DNA from: an uncultured Gemmatimonadaceae bacterium
Lineage (GTDB): Bacteria > Gemmatimonadota > Gemmatimonadetes > Gemmatimonadales > Gemmatimonadaceae
Direction of reading: 5' to 3'
Assembly (NCBI GenBank): GCA_963829055.1
Contig: CAWHHI010000011.1
Span: 512,001-576,000, forward strand
Length of the DNA stretch: 64,000 bases
In this document: positions 30,082-41,296 of the stretch, piece after piece
Position numbering within the stretch: position 1 is the stretch's first letter
Layout: every line of letters starts with the position of its first letter
Position numbers and translations under genes: made by a program
The notes under the pieces: generated by a model
Databases searched by the model: none
Told to the model about the DNA's origin: nothing
Seen by the model: the letters and a program-made list of their open reading frames with translations, nothing else

Positions 30082-30996
30082 TCAGGTCGGCTGACTGGCG
30101 AGCATTCGCCGCAGCTCGACCCGCCAATTGTCGAGGCGAATTCCAAATCGCTCAGCCGCCCGCCGATTGAACAGCGCCGAATACGCGGGCCTCGGCGCAA
30201 CGGCATTGAACTCTGCGGCAGAGGTTGGTATGACGACCGGCGCGGAAGCGCTAATCGCGCGCGCGGCGATGACCTCCTGCGCAATTTCGAACCGGCTCGC
30301 CTCGCCACTGCCGCCAAGATGGTAGACACCCCAATCGTCGCGCGGCACACGGAAATCGGTCGGCGTCGCAACTGTCCGCAGGATACCAGCCGTCGAGTCT
30401 GCAAGAGATTGGCTCCAGGTAGGCGATCCAACCTGATCCGTCACAACGCGTACCGGCCGGGACTCGTTCAACTGGCGCAGCAGCGTCGCAACGAAGCCGT
30501 TGCCCTCAGCGGAATACACCCAGCTCGTCCGGATAATGAAATGCGGTGCGTCAGACGCCGCGACCCCGCGTTCACCCGCGAGCTTGGTCGCTCCGTACAC
30601 ATTGATCGGGTTCGGCTCCGCATGTTCATCGTACGGCGTCGACGCCGCTCCGTCGAACACGTAGTCGGTCGAATAGTGGACGATCAGCGCCCCTACGTCG
30701 CGGGATGCTTCTGCCATCACCGTCGGCGCAACGTCATTCACCGCGCGCGCGAGATCCGGCTCACGCTCGGCTCGATCGACATTCGTCAGGGCCGCGGCGT
30801 TCACGACGGCCGCGGGGCGCACGCGGTGGATGACAGCGCGCAGCGTGTCCGGTTTCGTGAGGTCGGCGTCCGCTCGAGACGGCGCGACCACAGCCCCCAG
30901 GGGCGCGAGCGCTCGCAGCAGCTGACGCCCGACCTGTCCTGTGCCGCCGAACAACAGGAGTGGCCGACTCGGGCGCTCCTGCGATGCCTCGTTCAC
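30082..30996 (-). CDS. rfbD: dTDP-4-dehydrorhamnose reductase
   Basis: GGTGQVG, HYSTDYVFDG, YGATKLAGE, RTSWVY, DQVGSPT, APRPAYS; GTGA overlap with rfbC. Confidence 0.93.
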   Translation of the reverse strand: MNEASQERPSRPLLLFGGTGQVGRQLLRALAPLGAVVAPSRADADLTKPDTLRAVIHRVRPAAVVNAAALTNVDRAEREPDLARAVNDVAPTVMAEASRDVGALIVHYSTDYVFDGAASTPYDEHAEPNPINVYGATKLAGERGVAASDAPHFIIRTSWVYSAEGNGFVATLLRQLNESRPVRVVTDQVGSPTWSQSLADSTAGILRTVATPTDFRVPRDDWGVYHLGGSGEASRFEIAQEVIAARAISASAPVVIPTSAAEFNAVAPRPAYSALFNRRAAERFGIRLDNWRVELRRMLASQPT

Positions 30997-31613
30997 CGAT
31001 CGAGCTGTGGAAGCCAGTCGCTCAACATGTCGCGCAGCAACGGAGCCGACGCGTCTCGCGGGGAGACAATGGCCTGGGCGATGGGCCACTCGATGCCGAT
31101 GCTCGCGTCATTCCAGCGGACCGCGCGCTCATCATCGGGCGAATAAAAATCGGAGCACTTGTAGACGACCACGGACACGTCCGATACAGTCTGGTACGCG
31201 TGCGCGAACCCGGGCGGAATGTACAGCTGTCGTCCGTTGGATTCGGACAGCATGTAGGCTGCCCAGCGGCCGAACGTTGGGGAACCGATGCGAACATCGA
31301 CCGCCACGTCGAAGACGTCGCCCATCGCGACGCTGACGAGCTTTCCCTGTGGTCGTGGATTCTGAAAATGCAGTCCGCGGATGACCCCGCGGCGCGAATG
31401 GGCCGCGTTATCCTGGACGAACCGCGGCAGACCGGCGTCCTCGCGCACTGCATCCTCGCGCCAGAGCTCCGTGAATGTTCCCCGCGTGTCACGGAACACG
31501 GGACGCTCGAACAGGCGGAGATCAGGCAGGACGACGGGTCCCCAATGCGATCCGTCCGGCACCGGGATTGCTCGGGTATGTGATCTGTCGCCACCGACTC
31601 TACTATCGCTCAC
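30993..31613 (-). CDS. rfbC: dTDP-4-dehydrorhamnose 3,5-epimerase (start uncertain)
   Basis: DTRGTFTE, FVQDN, RGLHFQ, QGKLV, DVAVDVR, PPGFAH. Confidence 0.93.
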   Translation of the reverse strand: MSDSRVGGDRSHTRAIPVPDGSHWGPVVLPDLRLFERPVFRDTRGTFTELWREDAVREDAGLPRFVQDNAAHSRRGVIRGLHFQNPRPQGKLVSVAMGDVFDVAVDVRIGSPTFGRWAAYMLSESNGRQLYIPPGFAHAYQTVSDVSVVVYKCSDFYSPDDERAVRWNDASIGIEWPIAQAIVSPRDASAPLLRDMLSDWLPQLDR

Positions 31614-31886
31614 TCGCGTCCCTCGGTCGCGCCACGCGCGAGAGCGCGGCGACACAGTCGTGGTATCAACCTAACCAGCACCTTGCACATTGCATGCGAC
31701 CCCTGCCGGGCGGGGCAATCGCTCAGTCAGTGCAATGATCGGGCTTGCTGCAGGTCGAACCTCAATTCTTCTTACGCTGAATGAACGCTCCTGCGGACAC
31801 CGAATGAATACTGCTGGGTCGCCTCGTTCGCTTCGTCACGTGGCCCTAACGACTGCCTGCACGAGGAACGCCAGAGGAGCACCGGT

Positions 31887-32789
31887 ATGATAGCCGCGGT
31901 GCGTCACGAACGTGCGCCAGATCACAACGGGATCTGGGTCGTCGTCGTGAACTGGCGGCAGACCGATGCAACGCTCGCGTGTCTCGCGTCGCTCGAGCGA
32001 GCAGGCGTGGACTCGCGCTCCGTCGTCGTTGTGGACAACGGGTCCGGCGACGACTTCGCGGCTCGCCTCGAGTCGCGCTACCCAGACGCGATTCAGCTAC
32101 CCCAGTCGACTAACCTCGGGTTCGCGAAAGCGGTCAACATCGGCGCCCGATACGCCATCGCGCACGGCGCGACCGCCGTACTGTTGTTGAACAACGACGC
32201 CGTCGTGATGCCTGATGCGATCCGGGAGTTCGCGACACGCCTTCGCGACTCACCCACGCTCGGCGTGATTACGGCAAAGATCTTCCTCACCGAAGCGCCG
32301 GATCACCTGTGGGCCGTCGGCGGCAAGTTCACAGGGCGTCGGGTGGTCGAGATTGGCGCTGGCGAGCGCGATATCGGTGCGTACGACGACACGTCGCTCG
32401 ACTTCGCCTATGGTTGCGCGCTGCTCGTACGCGCCGAGATGTTTCGCGAGATCGGCGGCTTCGATGAGCGGTTCTTCCTCTACTACGAGGACATCGACCT
32501 CTGTCTTCGTGCGCGCGCCGCGGGGTGGGAGGTTGCAATGGCGCCCGCCGCGCACGTGCTCCACGAAGGCTCGAAGAGCACGCGCGGCGAGCCGACCGCT
32601 AAGGTCTACCACCACGCGCGCAGTCGCGCCCTGTTCTTCGCTCGCCACGTGCATGGCACCCGCCGAGCACTGTTCATTGCGTCGGAGTTGGCATTCATCG
32701 CTCGGCAGATCGGGCAGCATATCCTGAGGGGCGAGCCTCGCAACGCGATCGCGTACGTGCGCGGCACACTCGATGCGCTGCTTTCGTGA
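31887..32789 (+). CDS. Glycosyltransferase family 2 (rhamnosyltransferase-like)
   Basis: VVVNW, VVDNGS, NLGFA, LLNND, GFDERFFLYYEDIDL. Confidence 0.92.
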   Translation: MIAAVRHERAPDHNGIWVVVVNWRQTDATLACLASLERAGVDSRSVVVVDNGSGDDFAARLESRYPDAIQLPQSTNLGFAKAVNIGARYAIAHGATAVLLLNNDAVVMPDAIREFATRLRDSPTLGVITAKIFLTEAPDHLWAVGGKFTGRRVVEIGAGERDIGAYDDTSLDFAYGCALLVRAEMFREIGGFDERFFLYYEDIDLCLRARAAGWEVAMAPAAHVLHEGSKSTRGEPTAKVYHHARSRALFFARHVHGTRRALFIASELAFIARQIGQHILRGEPRNAIAYVRGTLDALLS

Positions 32790-32796
32790 ACCATCC

Positions 32797-34008
32797 GTGA
32801 ACGTGTTGATGCTCACGCCAATGGTGCCGCACGCCAATGCGCCGAGCGCTGGCGCCATCGTCATGCACGGGGAGCTGATGGCCGTGGCAGCACACCACGA
32901 CGTCACGCTCGCCACACTCGCGACGTCGGCCGACGATTCCGCCATTCAGACATTGCGGGATTCGGGGCTTCGCGTGCACGCGGTGCCGCGTCGGCGCGAC
33001 CACGGCGTCGGCGCCCTCGTACGCCGAGGCACGCTCGGCATCCGCTGGCGCTTTGGGCACCTACCGTTGCGTACCCTCGTGTTCCACGAGCGGGCGATGC
33101 AAGCGACACTCGACCGACTTGGCGGCGTGCCGTTCGATGCGGTTCACATCATAGACAACGCCATGGCGCAATACCGCCGTCCGCGTGCGCGTACGACCCT
33201 GCTGTCCGAATACGAGGTGCGCGTGGACGCCGAAGACGGCATGGTCTCGGCGCGCGCGATGCGTTCCGCGCGCGACCGCGAGGCCGAGCGGCAGCGGTGG
33301 CGGCGCTACCAGTCGGAGGTGTGGTCGTCTGTGGACCGCGTGCAGGTGTTCACGGATCGGGATGCAACCACGGTGCGCGAGTTGGCTCCGCAGGCGTCCG
33401 GCCGAGTGTTCGTCAACCCATTCGGTGTGGACCTGCCCGCTTCCGTCGGACACGAGCCTCTGCCCGGGAGTCTGGTCTTCGTCGGCGGGTTCGCGCATCC
33501 GCCTAACGTGGATGCGGCCGTCTGGCTCGCGGAGACAATCCTTCCACTCGTGCGCGCCCGATGCCCCGGCGCCCGCCTGACGATCGTGGGTGCCGATCCG
33601 CCCGGAGCCGTACAACGGCTTGCCGGCGCCGAGACGGTGGTCACGGGACGAGTGGACGCCGTGGATCCCTATATCGACTCGGCGGAAGTGGTCGTGGCGC
33701 CGCTACGGTCGGGCGGCGGGATGCGGCTCAAGGTGTTGCAAGCCATGGCGCGAGAGAAGCCGGTCGTGACCACGCCGCGCGGCGCCGAAGGGATCTGGAA
33801 TCCACCGGGCGCGCCGACGCTTCGCGTGGCCGATGACGCAGAGGGCATTGCCGCACACATCGTCCAGCTGTTGGGGTCGCGCGAAGCACGCTGCACGTTA
33901 GGCGCGCGCGCCCGGGCGGCGGTCGCCGAGCATCACACGTGGGAGCAATTCGCCGAGCGTGTGGACGCGCTGTACGCGTCTCTGCCGGTTGCCGGAGCGG
34001 CCGCATGA
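32797..34008 (+). CDS. Glycosyltransferase family 4
   Basis: FVGGFAHPPNVDA, PLRSGGGMRLKVLQAMA, VVTTPRGAEG. Confidence 0.9.
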   Translation: MNVLMLTPMVPHANAPSAGAIVMHGELMAVAAHHDVTLATLATSADDSAIQTLRDSGLRVHAVPRRRDHGVGALVRRGTLGIRWRFGHLPLRTLVFHERAMQATLDRLGGVPFDAVHIIDNAMAQYRRPRARTTLLSEYEVRVDAEDGMVSARAMRSARDREAERQRWRRYQSEVWSSVDRVQVFTDRDATTVRELAPQASGRVFVNPFGVDLPASVGHEPLPGSLVFVGGFAHPPNVDAAVWLAETILPLVRARCPGARLTIVGADPPGAVQRLAGAETVVTGRVDAVDPYIDSAEVVVAPLRSGGGMRLKVLQAMAREKPVVTTPRGAEGIWNPPGAPTLRVADDAEGIAAHIVQLLGSREARCTLGARARAAVAEHHTWEQFAERVDALYASLPVAGAAA

Positions 34009-34796
34009 GCGAATCCCGCCAGGGCGCGGTCCCGATTCTCATGTATCACCAGGTCTCGGACACGCCGCACGCGAATTTCGTCAAATACACGGTCACGCGA
34101 CGTGCATTTTCGGCGCAGATGAAGTGGCTGGCGGCTACGGGGTATGTCTCGATCGACCTCGGCAACTTGCTCGCGCATCGGAACGGCGGAACGCCCATCC
34201 CACCTCGCGCAGTGGTCATCACGTTCGACGACGGCTTTCGCGAGTGCGCCGAGCTGGCCGCGCCAGTCATGGAAGCAAGCGGACTGACGGCGACATTCTT
34301 CCTCGTCGCGGGTCTCATGGGCGAGACGAGTCGGTGGCTCGTGGCCGAGCGCGGGATCGAGCTGCCAATCATGTCGTGGGAGAACGCCCGCGCACTCGAG
34401 AATTCGGGACATCGGTGCGAATCACACAGCATGACGCACCCGAGACTGGCCCGTCTCTCGCCATCAGCGTGTCGAGATGAGCTGTCGCGCTCGCGCGCCG
34501 TGCTCGAGAACGAGCTCGGGCATCCGGTGCGCCACCTCGCGTACCCATTCGGTTCCGAGAGTGAGCACGTGCGGGAGATCGCCGCCGAGTGTGGGTACGA
34601 GTCCGGCTGTACGGTGGCCATCGGTCTTTCATCCAGTGCAGACGATCCGCTCGGCCTCCGCCGTGTCCCCGTGTTAGGCACCGACTCGCTGCTCGACTTC
34701 ATCTCGCGTTTGAGAACGGCGTACACGGTTCGTGACCGCCTCTCGGCGCTCGCAAGATCGGTGGTCGGTGCGGCGCCGAGCGGCGTCGACACGTGA
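34005..34796 (+). CDS. Polysaccharide deacetylase (CE4/NodB)
   Basis: PILMYH, VITFDDG, SHSMTH, LAYPFG. Confidence 0.92.
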   Translation: MSESRQGAVPILMYHQVSDTPHANFVKYTVTRRAFSAQMKWLAATGYVSIDLGNLLAHRNGGTPIPPRAVVITFDDGFRECAELAAPVMEASGLTATFFLVAGLMGETSRWLVAERGIELPIMSWENARALENSGHRCESHSMTHPRLARLSPSACRDELSRSRAVLENELGHPVRHLAYPFGSESEHVREIAAECGYESGCTVAIGLSSSADDPLGLRRVPVLGTDSLLDFISRLRTAYTVRDRLSALARSVVGAAPSGVDT

Positions 34797-34806
34797 TCGG
34801 TGGTCG

Positions 34807-35797
34807 GTGAGCACACATCCTCGCGCGAGCATCGTGATCCCGACGCACCAGCGTCGCGAGTCGCTCGCGCGCGTGCTGCGCAGCCTCACGAGCCAGTCGC
34901 TGTCGCCTGACGAGTACGAAATCATCGTCGCCATTGACGGCTCGACGGATGGAACGCGCGAGATGGTCGAGGCGTCGCAGAGCGTCAGATCAGTGTGGAA
35001 GCCGCGCGGCGGACGTGCCTCGGCGTGTAACGCCGGCCTCAGGCTCGCGGCCGCGCCGATCGTCATCTTCCTCGATGACGACATGGAGGCGACGCCCGGC
35101 TTCGTCGCCGCGCATCTCGCCGTGCACGGCGCCACATCTGACGTCGGCGTAGTGGGCGCGGTGCCGATCGCGGTGGATGGCTCCGCGACGCTGGTCACCC
35201 GGTACGTCGCGAGCAAGTTCAACGGGCATCTCGAGCAACCTCGCGAAGCCCGGCTATGTGTTCGGGCTTCGAGACTTCTACAGTGGCAACTTCTCGGTGG
35301 CACGTGACGCGATGATCGCCGTTGGCGGGTTCGATGAGGCATTCGCGGTCTACGGCAACGAAGATCTCGACCTGTCGCTGCGCCTGCGTGCCAACGGCGT
35401 GCAACTCGTCTATTCGCCGGACGCCGTGGCGTACCAGCACTACGAGAAGGACTTCGCGGCGCTAGCGCGAGATACGCGGGAGAAAGGGCGGACGGCCGTG
35501 CAGCTCGCGCGGAAGCATCCGTCGTCGGCGGCGGACCTCAAGCTGTCGCAGTTCGATCGCGGGCCGTTGGTGGGTCGGCTTGCGCGCAACGCACTGCTGG
35601 CCGCCAGTAACTGGTGGCCGCGTACGCCTGACATCGTCGTGCGAACAATGTCATGGCTCGGGAACCGACGCGCGCCGGCGTTGCACCGCGTGTACCCGGT
35701 CGCGCTCGACTACCTGTACTGGTTAGGCGTGCGATCCGCTCGGGCAGGTGATGACGCCGTCACCGAACGTGGACCAACGACCGCGCCGGTTCCGTGA
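34807..35797 (+). CDS. Glycosyltransferase family 2, frameshift near 35235
   Basis: SIVIPT, IDGSTDGT, FLDDDM, then SGNFSV...GGFDEAF...EDLDL in the next frame. Confidence 0.88.
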
Positions 35798-36906
35798 CCC
35801 GCACCGTCATTCACTACAGCGATAGCACGGTGTTCGGCGGCACGGAGCGCGCGATTCTTCACCTCGCGAAGGGAATGGATCGCGCGGAGTGGCGGGTCGT
35901 GCTGATGCACGACCACGCCGCGCCGTCGGAGCTCGTGGATCGGGCGCGCGCCGTCGGAGCAGAGACGCACGTGGCGCCGCGCGTCGGCGGGAAGCTCGAC
36001 GTCGCGCATCTCGCGGAGCTCACCGCCGCGGTGCGGAGGCATCACGCGGACGTCTTTCATGCGCATCTGCACTGGCCGTTGGCGGCCAAGTACGGGATCG
36101 CCGCGGCGGCGGCAGCGCGCGTACCGGTGGTGGTCGCCACGGCGCAGCTGCACGTGGAGCTCGATCACGCGGGCTTCGTGGACCTGCAGCATCGCGCGAT
36201 GACCAGCATGATCGACCGATACATCGCCGTCTCGCGTGACGTCGGGGCTCAGCTGCAACGGCGGTTCGGGGTCCCACCGGCAAAAGTGGTCGTCATACCT
36301 AACGCGGTCGACCTCGACGACATCGCTGCCCGTCGTGGGCCACCGCCGAACTGGCCGGCGACGCGCGGCCAGCGTGTCGCGCTCATCCTGGCCCGTCTCG
36401 AGACGGACAAAGGCATCGAGTATGCAATCGAGGCCGCTGCTACGCTCCCCAACGTCGCGCTCGTGATCGCCGGCGCCGGCACCCGCCGCGCCGATCTCGA
36501 GGCCCGTGCATCCGCGCTCGGAATCGCCGAGCGCGTGCACCTGCTCGGCCATCGGAGCGATGCCCCAGCGCTGCTCAAATACGCTGACGTGTTCGTGCTC
36601 CCGTCGCTCGTGGAGGGACTGCCGCTGTCGGTGCTCGAAGCCATGGCGGCGGGTGTGCCGGTCGTCGCGACGGACATTCCGGGAACTCGTGAGGCGGTGG
36701 AGCACGACGTCACCGGGTTGCTCGTGCCGCCGCGTGACCCACGAGCGCTGGCGCACGCAATCGACCGTGTGCTCGGTGACGTCGACTCGGCACGAGCCTG
36801 GACGCTGGCGGCTCGCGAGCGTGCGCGACGCGAGTTCTCGACCGACGCCGTCGTCGCGCGGGTGACCGAGCTGTACGCGTCGCTGCTGTCCAGGCACGCA
36901 CGGTGA
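35794..36906 (+). CDS. Glycosyltransferase family 4
   Basis: GGTER, VIPNAVD, FVLPSLVEGLPLSVLEAMA, TGLLVPP. Confidence 0.93.
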   Translation: MTRTVIHYSDSTVFGGTERAILHLAKGMDRAEWRVVLMHDHAAPSELVDRARAVGAETHVAPRVGGKLDVAHLAELTAAVRRHHADVFHAHLHWPLAAKYGIAAAAAARVPVVVATAQLHVELDHAGFVDLQHRAMTSMIDRYIAVSRDVGAQLQRRFGVPPAKVVVIPNAVDLDDIAARRGPPPNWPATRGQRVALILARLETDKGIEYAIEAAATLPNVALVIAGAGTRRADLEARASALGIAERVHLLGHRSDAPALLKYADVFVLPSLVEGLPLSVLEAMAAGVPVVATDIPGTREAVEHDVTGLLVPPRDPRALAHAIDRVLGDVDSARAWTLAARERARREFSTDAVVARVTELYASLLSRHAR

Positions 36907-38474
36907 CCGTCGCAAGCGCAGTGCAGCTGGCGGAGCGCGAACGCAATCGTCTTCTGCGTCGCGTGGACTGGCGATTCCTGCTCGCGCAGCCCGTGGTAGA
37001 TCGGGTGCTCTGCCTGGCCGGCGATGACCTGCGAGATGGATGTCGGCTCGTGGCGACGCACGTCGATGTCGCGCTCGCCGAGAGTAGCGGCCCATACAAT
37101 GTCGCCGTGACGCAGGACGCCGACGATGACACGCTGGCGAAGGTATTCGAGCGCCTGCGCGGCGGGGGAGAGCTATACAGCGAGTGGAGCACCGCGCAGG
37201 ACCACGACGGCATCCGCCGTCGTCTGGCTGTCGCTGGCTTCACCGACATACGGCTGTACTGGCCATGGCCAGCTCCACCTAACGCCGAAGTGTGGGTACC
37301 GCTCGACGCCCCGGTGGCCTTCGGTCACTACCTCGCGACCGATCGCCACGTGTACTCCGGGTGGCGCCACCGGCTTGGCACACAGGCGCGGCGCGCACTC
37401 GCGACCTGGCAGCTCGATTCAGGTCGAGTGGTCCCGCTCTGCGTCGTGGCTCGCGCGCGCGGCGACGCCGACGATCCCGCAGCCGAACCGGGCATTCTCC
37501 AGGCGGTCCGTGCATCGCGGCAGCTCGATCAACGCGAGGAGCGCCTAACGTGCGCGCTGCTGACCGGAGGCCCACGGGCGATCAGCAAGGTCGTTGGTCT
37601 CGTGTATTCCGACCATGCGCCCACTCCGGCGTTCGTCATCAAGTGGCCGCGGGTCGAAGAGTCCGCGGCGGGTCTCGAGCGTGAGGCCGAGGCGCTCGCG
37701 GCGTCTCACACCAGCGGTGTGGTCGTGGGCATCCCACGTCTGCTCGGCCGAACCGGGAGCGGCGTCAGGCTCGCCGTTGCGGAGACAGCGGCCCGCGGCG
37801 CGCCAATGTTCACCCGCGTGTCACGGGCGACGCTCGCACCGCTCGCCAGGGAGGGCGCGTCATGGCTCGCGGGTTTTCACGCAACGCATCGGCGCGCACC
37901 ATGTGACGCCGTGACGTGGAACGCTCGCACCACTCACGCCATCGCGCGATTCGCGGACACGTTCGACGCCGTCATCGATCCCGCGTTGCTGGACGAGACG
38001 ACGTCCGCGCTCGCGTTTCCCGGCGAAGGGATGGCGGACGTCATAGAGCACCGCGACTTCGGGCCGTGGAACATCCTCGTCGAGGACACCGGCGCGCTCA
38101 CGGTGCTCGACTGGGAATCATCGCGCGTCCATGGGTTGCCGCTGCTCGATCTCATCTACTTCGTCACGTACATGGCGTTCTTCGTGGATGGCGCAATGGT
38201 GTCTCGGCGATTCACCGAGTCGTATCGTGTGACGCTCGATCCGCGGAGCTCGACCGGTGCCCTGCGAGCGGAGTTGATGGAGCGGTATCGACAGCGGTTC
38301 GGTATCTCGGTGGCGATGGAGCGCGCGTTGCGTGCGCTCTGCTGGATCGAGCACGCGGACTCCGAATTCCAGCACTTCACCGCCGATGCGGGCGGACGTC
38401 CACCAGATGACGCGTTGCGCGCGAGCGTGTTCGTGCAGTTGTGGAAAGAAGAGATGGTCGCTCTCCGTCGGTGA
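36903..38474 (+). CDS. Aminoglycoside-phosphotransferase-like kinase with degenerate methyltransferase-like N-terminus
   Basis: Brenner-type HRDFGPWNIL and LDWE motifs, FVIKWP; N-terminal LRGGGELYSE...AGFTDIRLY. Confidence 0.75.
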   Translation: MTVASAVQLAERERNRLLRRVDWRFLLAQPVVDRVLCLAGDDLRDGCRLVATHVDVALAESSGPYNVAVTQDADDDTLAKVFERLRGGGELYSEWSTAQDHDGIRRRLAVAGFTDIRLYWPWPAPPNAEVWVPLDAPVAFGHYLATDRHVYSGWRHRLGTQARRALATWQLDSGRVVPLCVVARARGDADDPAAEPGILQAVRASRQLDQREERLTCALLTGGPRAISKVVGLVYSDHAPTPAFVIKWPRVEESAAGLEREAEALAASHTSGVVVGIPRLLGRTGSGVRLAVAETAARGAPMFTRVSRATLAPLAREGASWLAGFHATHRRAPCDAVTWNARTTHAIARFADTFDAVIDPALLDETTSALAFPGEGMADVIEHRDFGPWNILVEDTGALTVLDWESSRVHGLPLLDLIYFVTYMAFFVDGAMVSRRFTESYRVTLDPRSSTGALRAELMERYRQRFGISVAMERALRALCWIEHADSEFQHFTADAGGRPPDDALRASVFVQLWKEEMVALRR

Positions 38475-38517
38475 ACGCGACCCGCACCTGTCGTCCTCTC
38501 TCGCACGGTACGTCACC

Positions 38518-39222
38518 ATGTCGTCGCCATTCACCGCCCTGCACCGCCTCATTCGCTCGGTCGTTCCCATCCGCATTCGCGGCATTCCGGAGCGCGCGCG
38601 GTGGATGAACACGCACCCCATGAGCGACTCGTGGGGCTTCGAGCGCGGCACGCCTGTGGACCGGTACTACATCGAACGGTTTCTCGAGCGGAACGCCAAT
38701 GCCATTCGCGGTGACGTGCTGGAGATCAAGAGCAGCGCGTACACGGATCGGTTCGGGCGAGGCGTCGGTTCGCGGACCGTGCTCGACATCAATGCCACGA
38801 ATCCCCAGGCGACGCTCATCGGCGATCTCGCTGATCCTGCGCAGCTGCCCGCCGAACGATTCGACTGCTTCATCCTCACGCAGACGCTGCAACTGATCTA
38901 CGACATGCACTCGGCAATACAAGGAGCGCACACGGTGCTACGGAGCGGTGGCACGCTGCTCGTCACCGTGCCATGCATCAGTCGGGTCGTGCCGAGGTAC
39001 GGGCTCGAGAGCGACTTCTGGCGATTCACACCGGCGTCGTGTCGCAGGCTGTTCGGCGACGCGTTCGGCGCGACGCAGGTGACGGTCGAGCCGGTGGGCA
39101 ACGTGGGAGCGGCGGTGGCGTTTCTGCGTGGTGCCGCCATGGAGGAACTGCCACGCCACGTGCTCAATGCGAACGACCCCTACTTCCCGGTGATCATCAC
39201 CGTTCGCGCGGTCAAGCGCTGA
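38518..39222 (+). CDS. Class I SAM-dependent methyltransferase
   Basis: GFERGTPVDRYYIE, VLEI, FDCFILTQTL, LRSGGTLLVTVP, DFWRFT. Confidence 0.88.
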   Translation: MSSPFTALHRLIRSVVPIRIRGIPERARWMNTHPMSDSWGFERGTPVDRYYIERFLERNANAIRGDVLEIKSSAYTDRFGRGVGSRTVLDINATNPQATLIGDLADPAQLPAERFDCFILTQTLQLIYDMHSAIQGAHTVLRSGGTLLVTVPCISRVVPRYGLESDFWRFTPASCRRLFGDAFGATQVTVEPVGNVGAAVAFLRGAAMEELPRHVLNANDPYFPVIITVRAVKR

Positions 39223-39252
39223 CGTGCGGCTGACAGCGGCGCGGCTACACAA

Positions 39253-40190
39253 TCATTTCGCATCACGCGGACGTCGGAGTCGATTGGCCACGTGACTGGT
39301 GAATAGACGTAGACGATTCGCCACACTCGGTACACCGGGCTCGCGAGCGCGCGTCATCGCCCACTGCACAGCGCTCCGTAGCTCGTCGTCGGCGAGGCCG
39401 TTCGTTTCAATAAAATCCTGAAGCCACTCCAGGTAGTGATACCGCGCCGCGACCGCGAGCCCGTCCGCTTTCGCGCGCTCGTACACCGAATCGGGATGGC
39501 GGCGATAGCGATCCCAGATGCGGTTCGCGACCAGCACATGCTCGCGCAGCATCACCTTCGCGAAGAATACGAGGTCTTCGCTCGACGCGTTCGCACCGAT
39601 GAACTCCTCGTTGAACCCGCCACTGCGCTCCACCGCCTCGCGGCGAAGAATGACGCTGCACGGACACGGCACGGCGACGGTCCCACGGAGGCAGCGCTCG
39701 AGCAAGCGCGGCGGCTCGATGACTGTATCGTGCGCGAAGCCGAGCTCCGGAACGCGATCGCGGGCGCGATCCGCGGGCGCGTTGGTCCATCCGTACCAGT
39801 AGAGCGAGTTGCCGTACAACATCCCGACGTGCGGGTGCGCCTCCAGCAGTGCGACCTGCTCGTGAAGCTTCGTGGGTAGCCAGACGTCGTCGGCATCGAG
39901 CAGCGCGATGTACGCACCGCGCGCGTGCCGGATGGCGAGATTGCGGGACGCACTCGCGCCTCGATTCTCCCCACCCGCGATGCGACAGCAGCATCATACG
40001 GTGCGGCTCGCGCGCCACGTACTCGGACGCGATGGCCGCACTTCCATCGCCACCGCCGTCGTCCACGAGCAGAAGCTCCCACGCGTCGTAGCGTCTGCGC
40101 CCGCACGCTCTCGATCGTCTCACGCAGAAAGCGCTCGGCGCGATAGACGGGGACGATCACCGATACCAGCGGACGAGCAGTCGCCGACAT
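39253..40190 (-). CDS. Glycosyltransferase family 2, frameshifts near 40095 and 39970
   Basis: VSVIVPVY...FLRETIES, WELLLVDDG, LLDADDVW, SGGFNEEF...EDL across frames. Confidence 0.85.
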
Positions 40191-40195
40191 CGCGC

Positions 40196-41296
40196 TCACG
40201 GCTTCGGTGGCATGGCGCGGCGACTGCGCGACTCGGTCGAGTCGTCCGCGCAGGGCGGCCAGGCGTCGTGAGCCCGGCAGGGTACGGGCAACGAGCGGAG
40301 CCGTTAGGCTCAGGCGATCGAGCGGCTCGGCGGTAGTCGCCATCGGACAAACGCCTGGCATGTTGCTTCAGCGTCGCGGCAATCGTGCGGGCGACGTCGT
40401 GTCTTCAGCGCGTCGGGGTCAGCGAGCATCCGCGGACTCGACGCACACAGCCGATCGAGTACCGCGAGTACGCCGTCGAGCGTGGTGACAAAGTCCGTCG
40501 GCGTAAGCGCCGACGCATCTCCCCGAACCAGTGCGCCCATCGCCGAGAGCGTGGCGGCCGACGGCACGGGGAGGCCTAACGACTCGAATGTTTCGCGCCG
40601 CGATGCGCACGACTTCCCCCGACTGGTCGCCTATGGTCGCCGTGAGCGTCGTCGCCCCCATGCGGTATCTCACGAGCGAGTCGGGCAGGTTGGCGACGCG
40701 ATGAGCCACTGCCAGCCGCGACCAGAGGTCGTAGTCCTGTGCGTAGACGAACGCCTCGTCGTAGTCTCCCATCGCGCGGACCACGGCAGCGCGAAACACG
40801 ACAGCCGAGTGAACGAAGGGGCAGTAGAAGTGGAGCACCCAGCGGATCCGGTCGTAATCCACCGGCAGCGTTCGGTCGCCGAGCAATGCACCGCGTTCGT
40901 CGATCTTCCGATATGCACGCGCCGACCAGCGCCACGTCGGGATTGGCGTCGAGAAACGCGACCTGGCGAGCGAGTCGATCAGGCTCCGAGACATCGTCCG
41001 CGTCGTGTCTGGCGATGAGCATGCCTCGCGCGAGCGCGAGGCCTCTATTCAGGCTGCGCGTCAACCCGATGTTCGTGGCGTTGCGCGTTATGCGGACGCG
41101 TGCGTCGGTGATCGCGCCGAGCACGCGCGGCGGTACCGTCGGTCGAGCCGTCATCGACGACGAGAAGCTCGAAATCGCCGAACGACTGGCCGAGCACGGA
41201 GTCGATGGCCTCGCGGAGATGCCGCTCGCCATTGAAGACCGTCATCAGCACCGTCACCCGAGGCGCGGTCTGCGGCGCACGCACGTCGTCGCTCAT
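40196..41296 (-). CDS. Glycosyltransferase family 2, several frameshifts, 3' end uncertain
   Basis: [46 protein letters not shown]...AQDYDLW across frames. Confidence 0.82.
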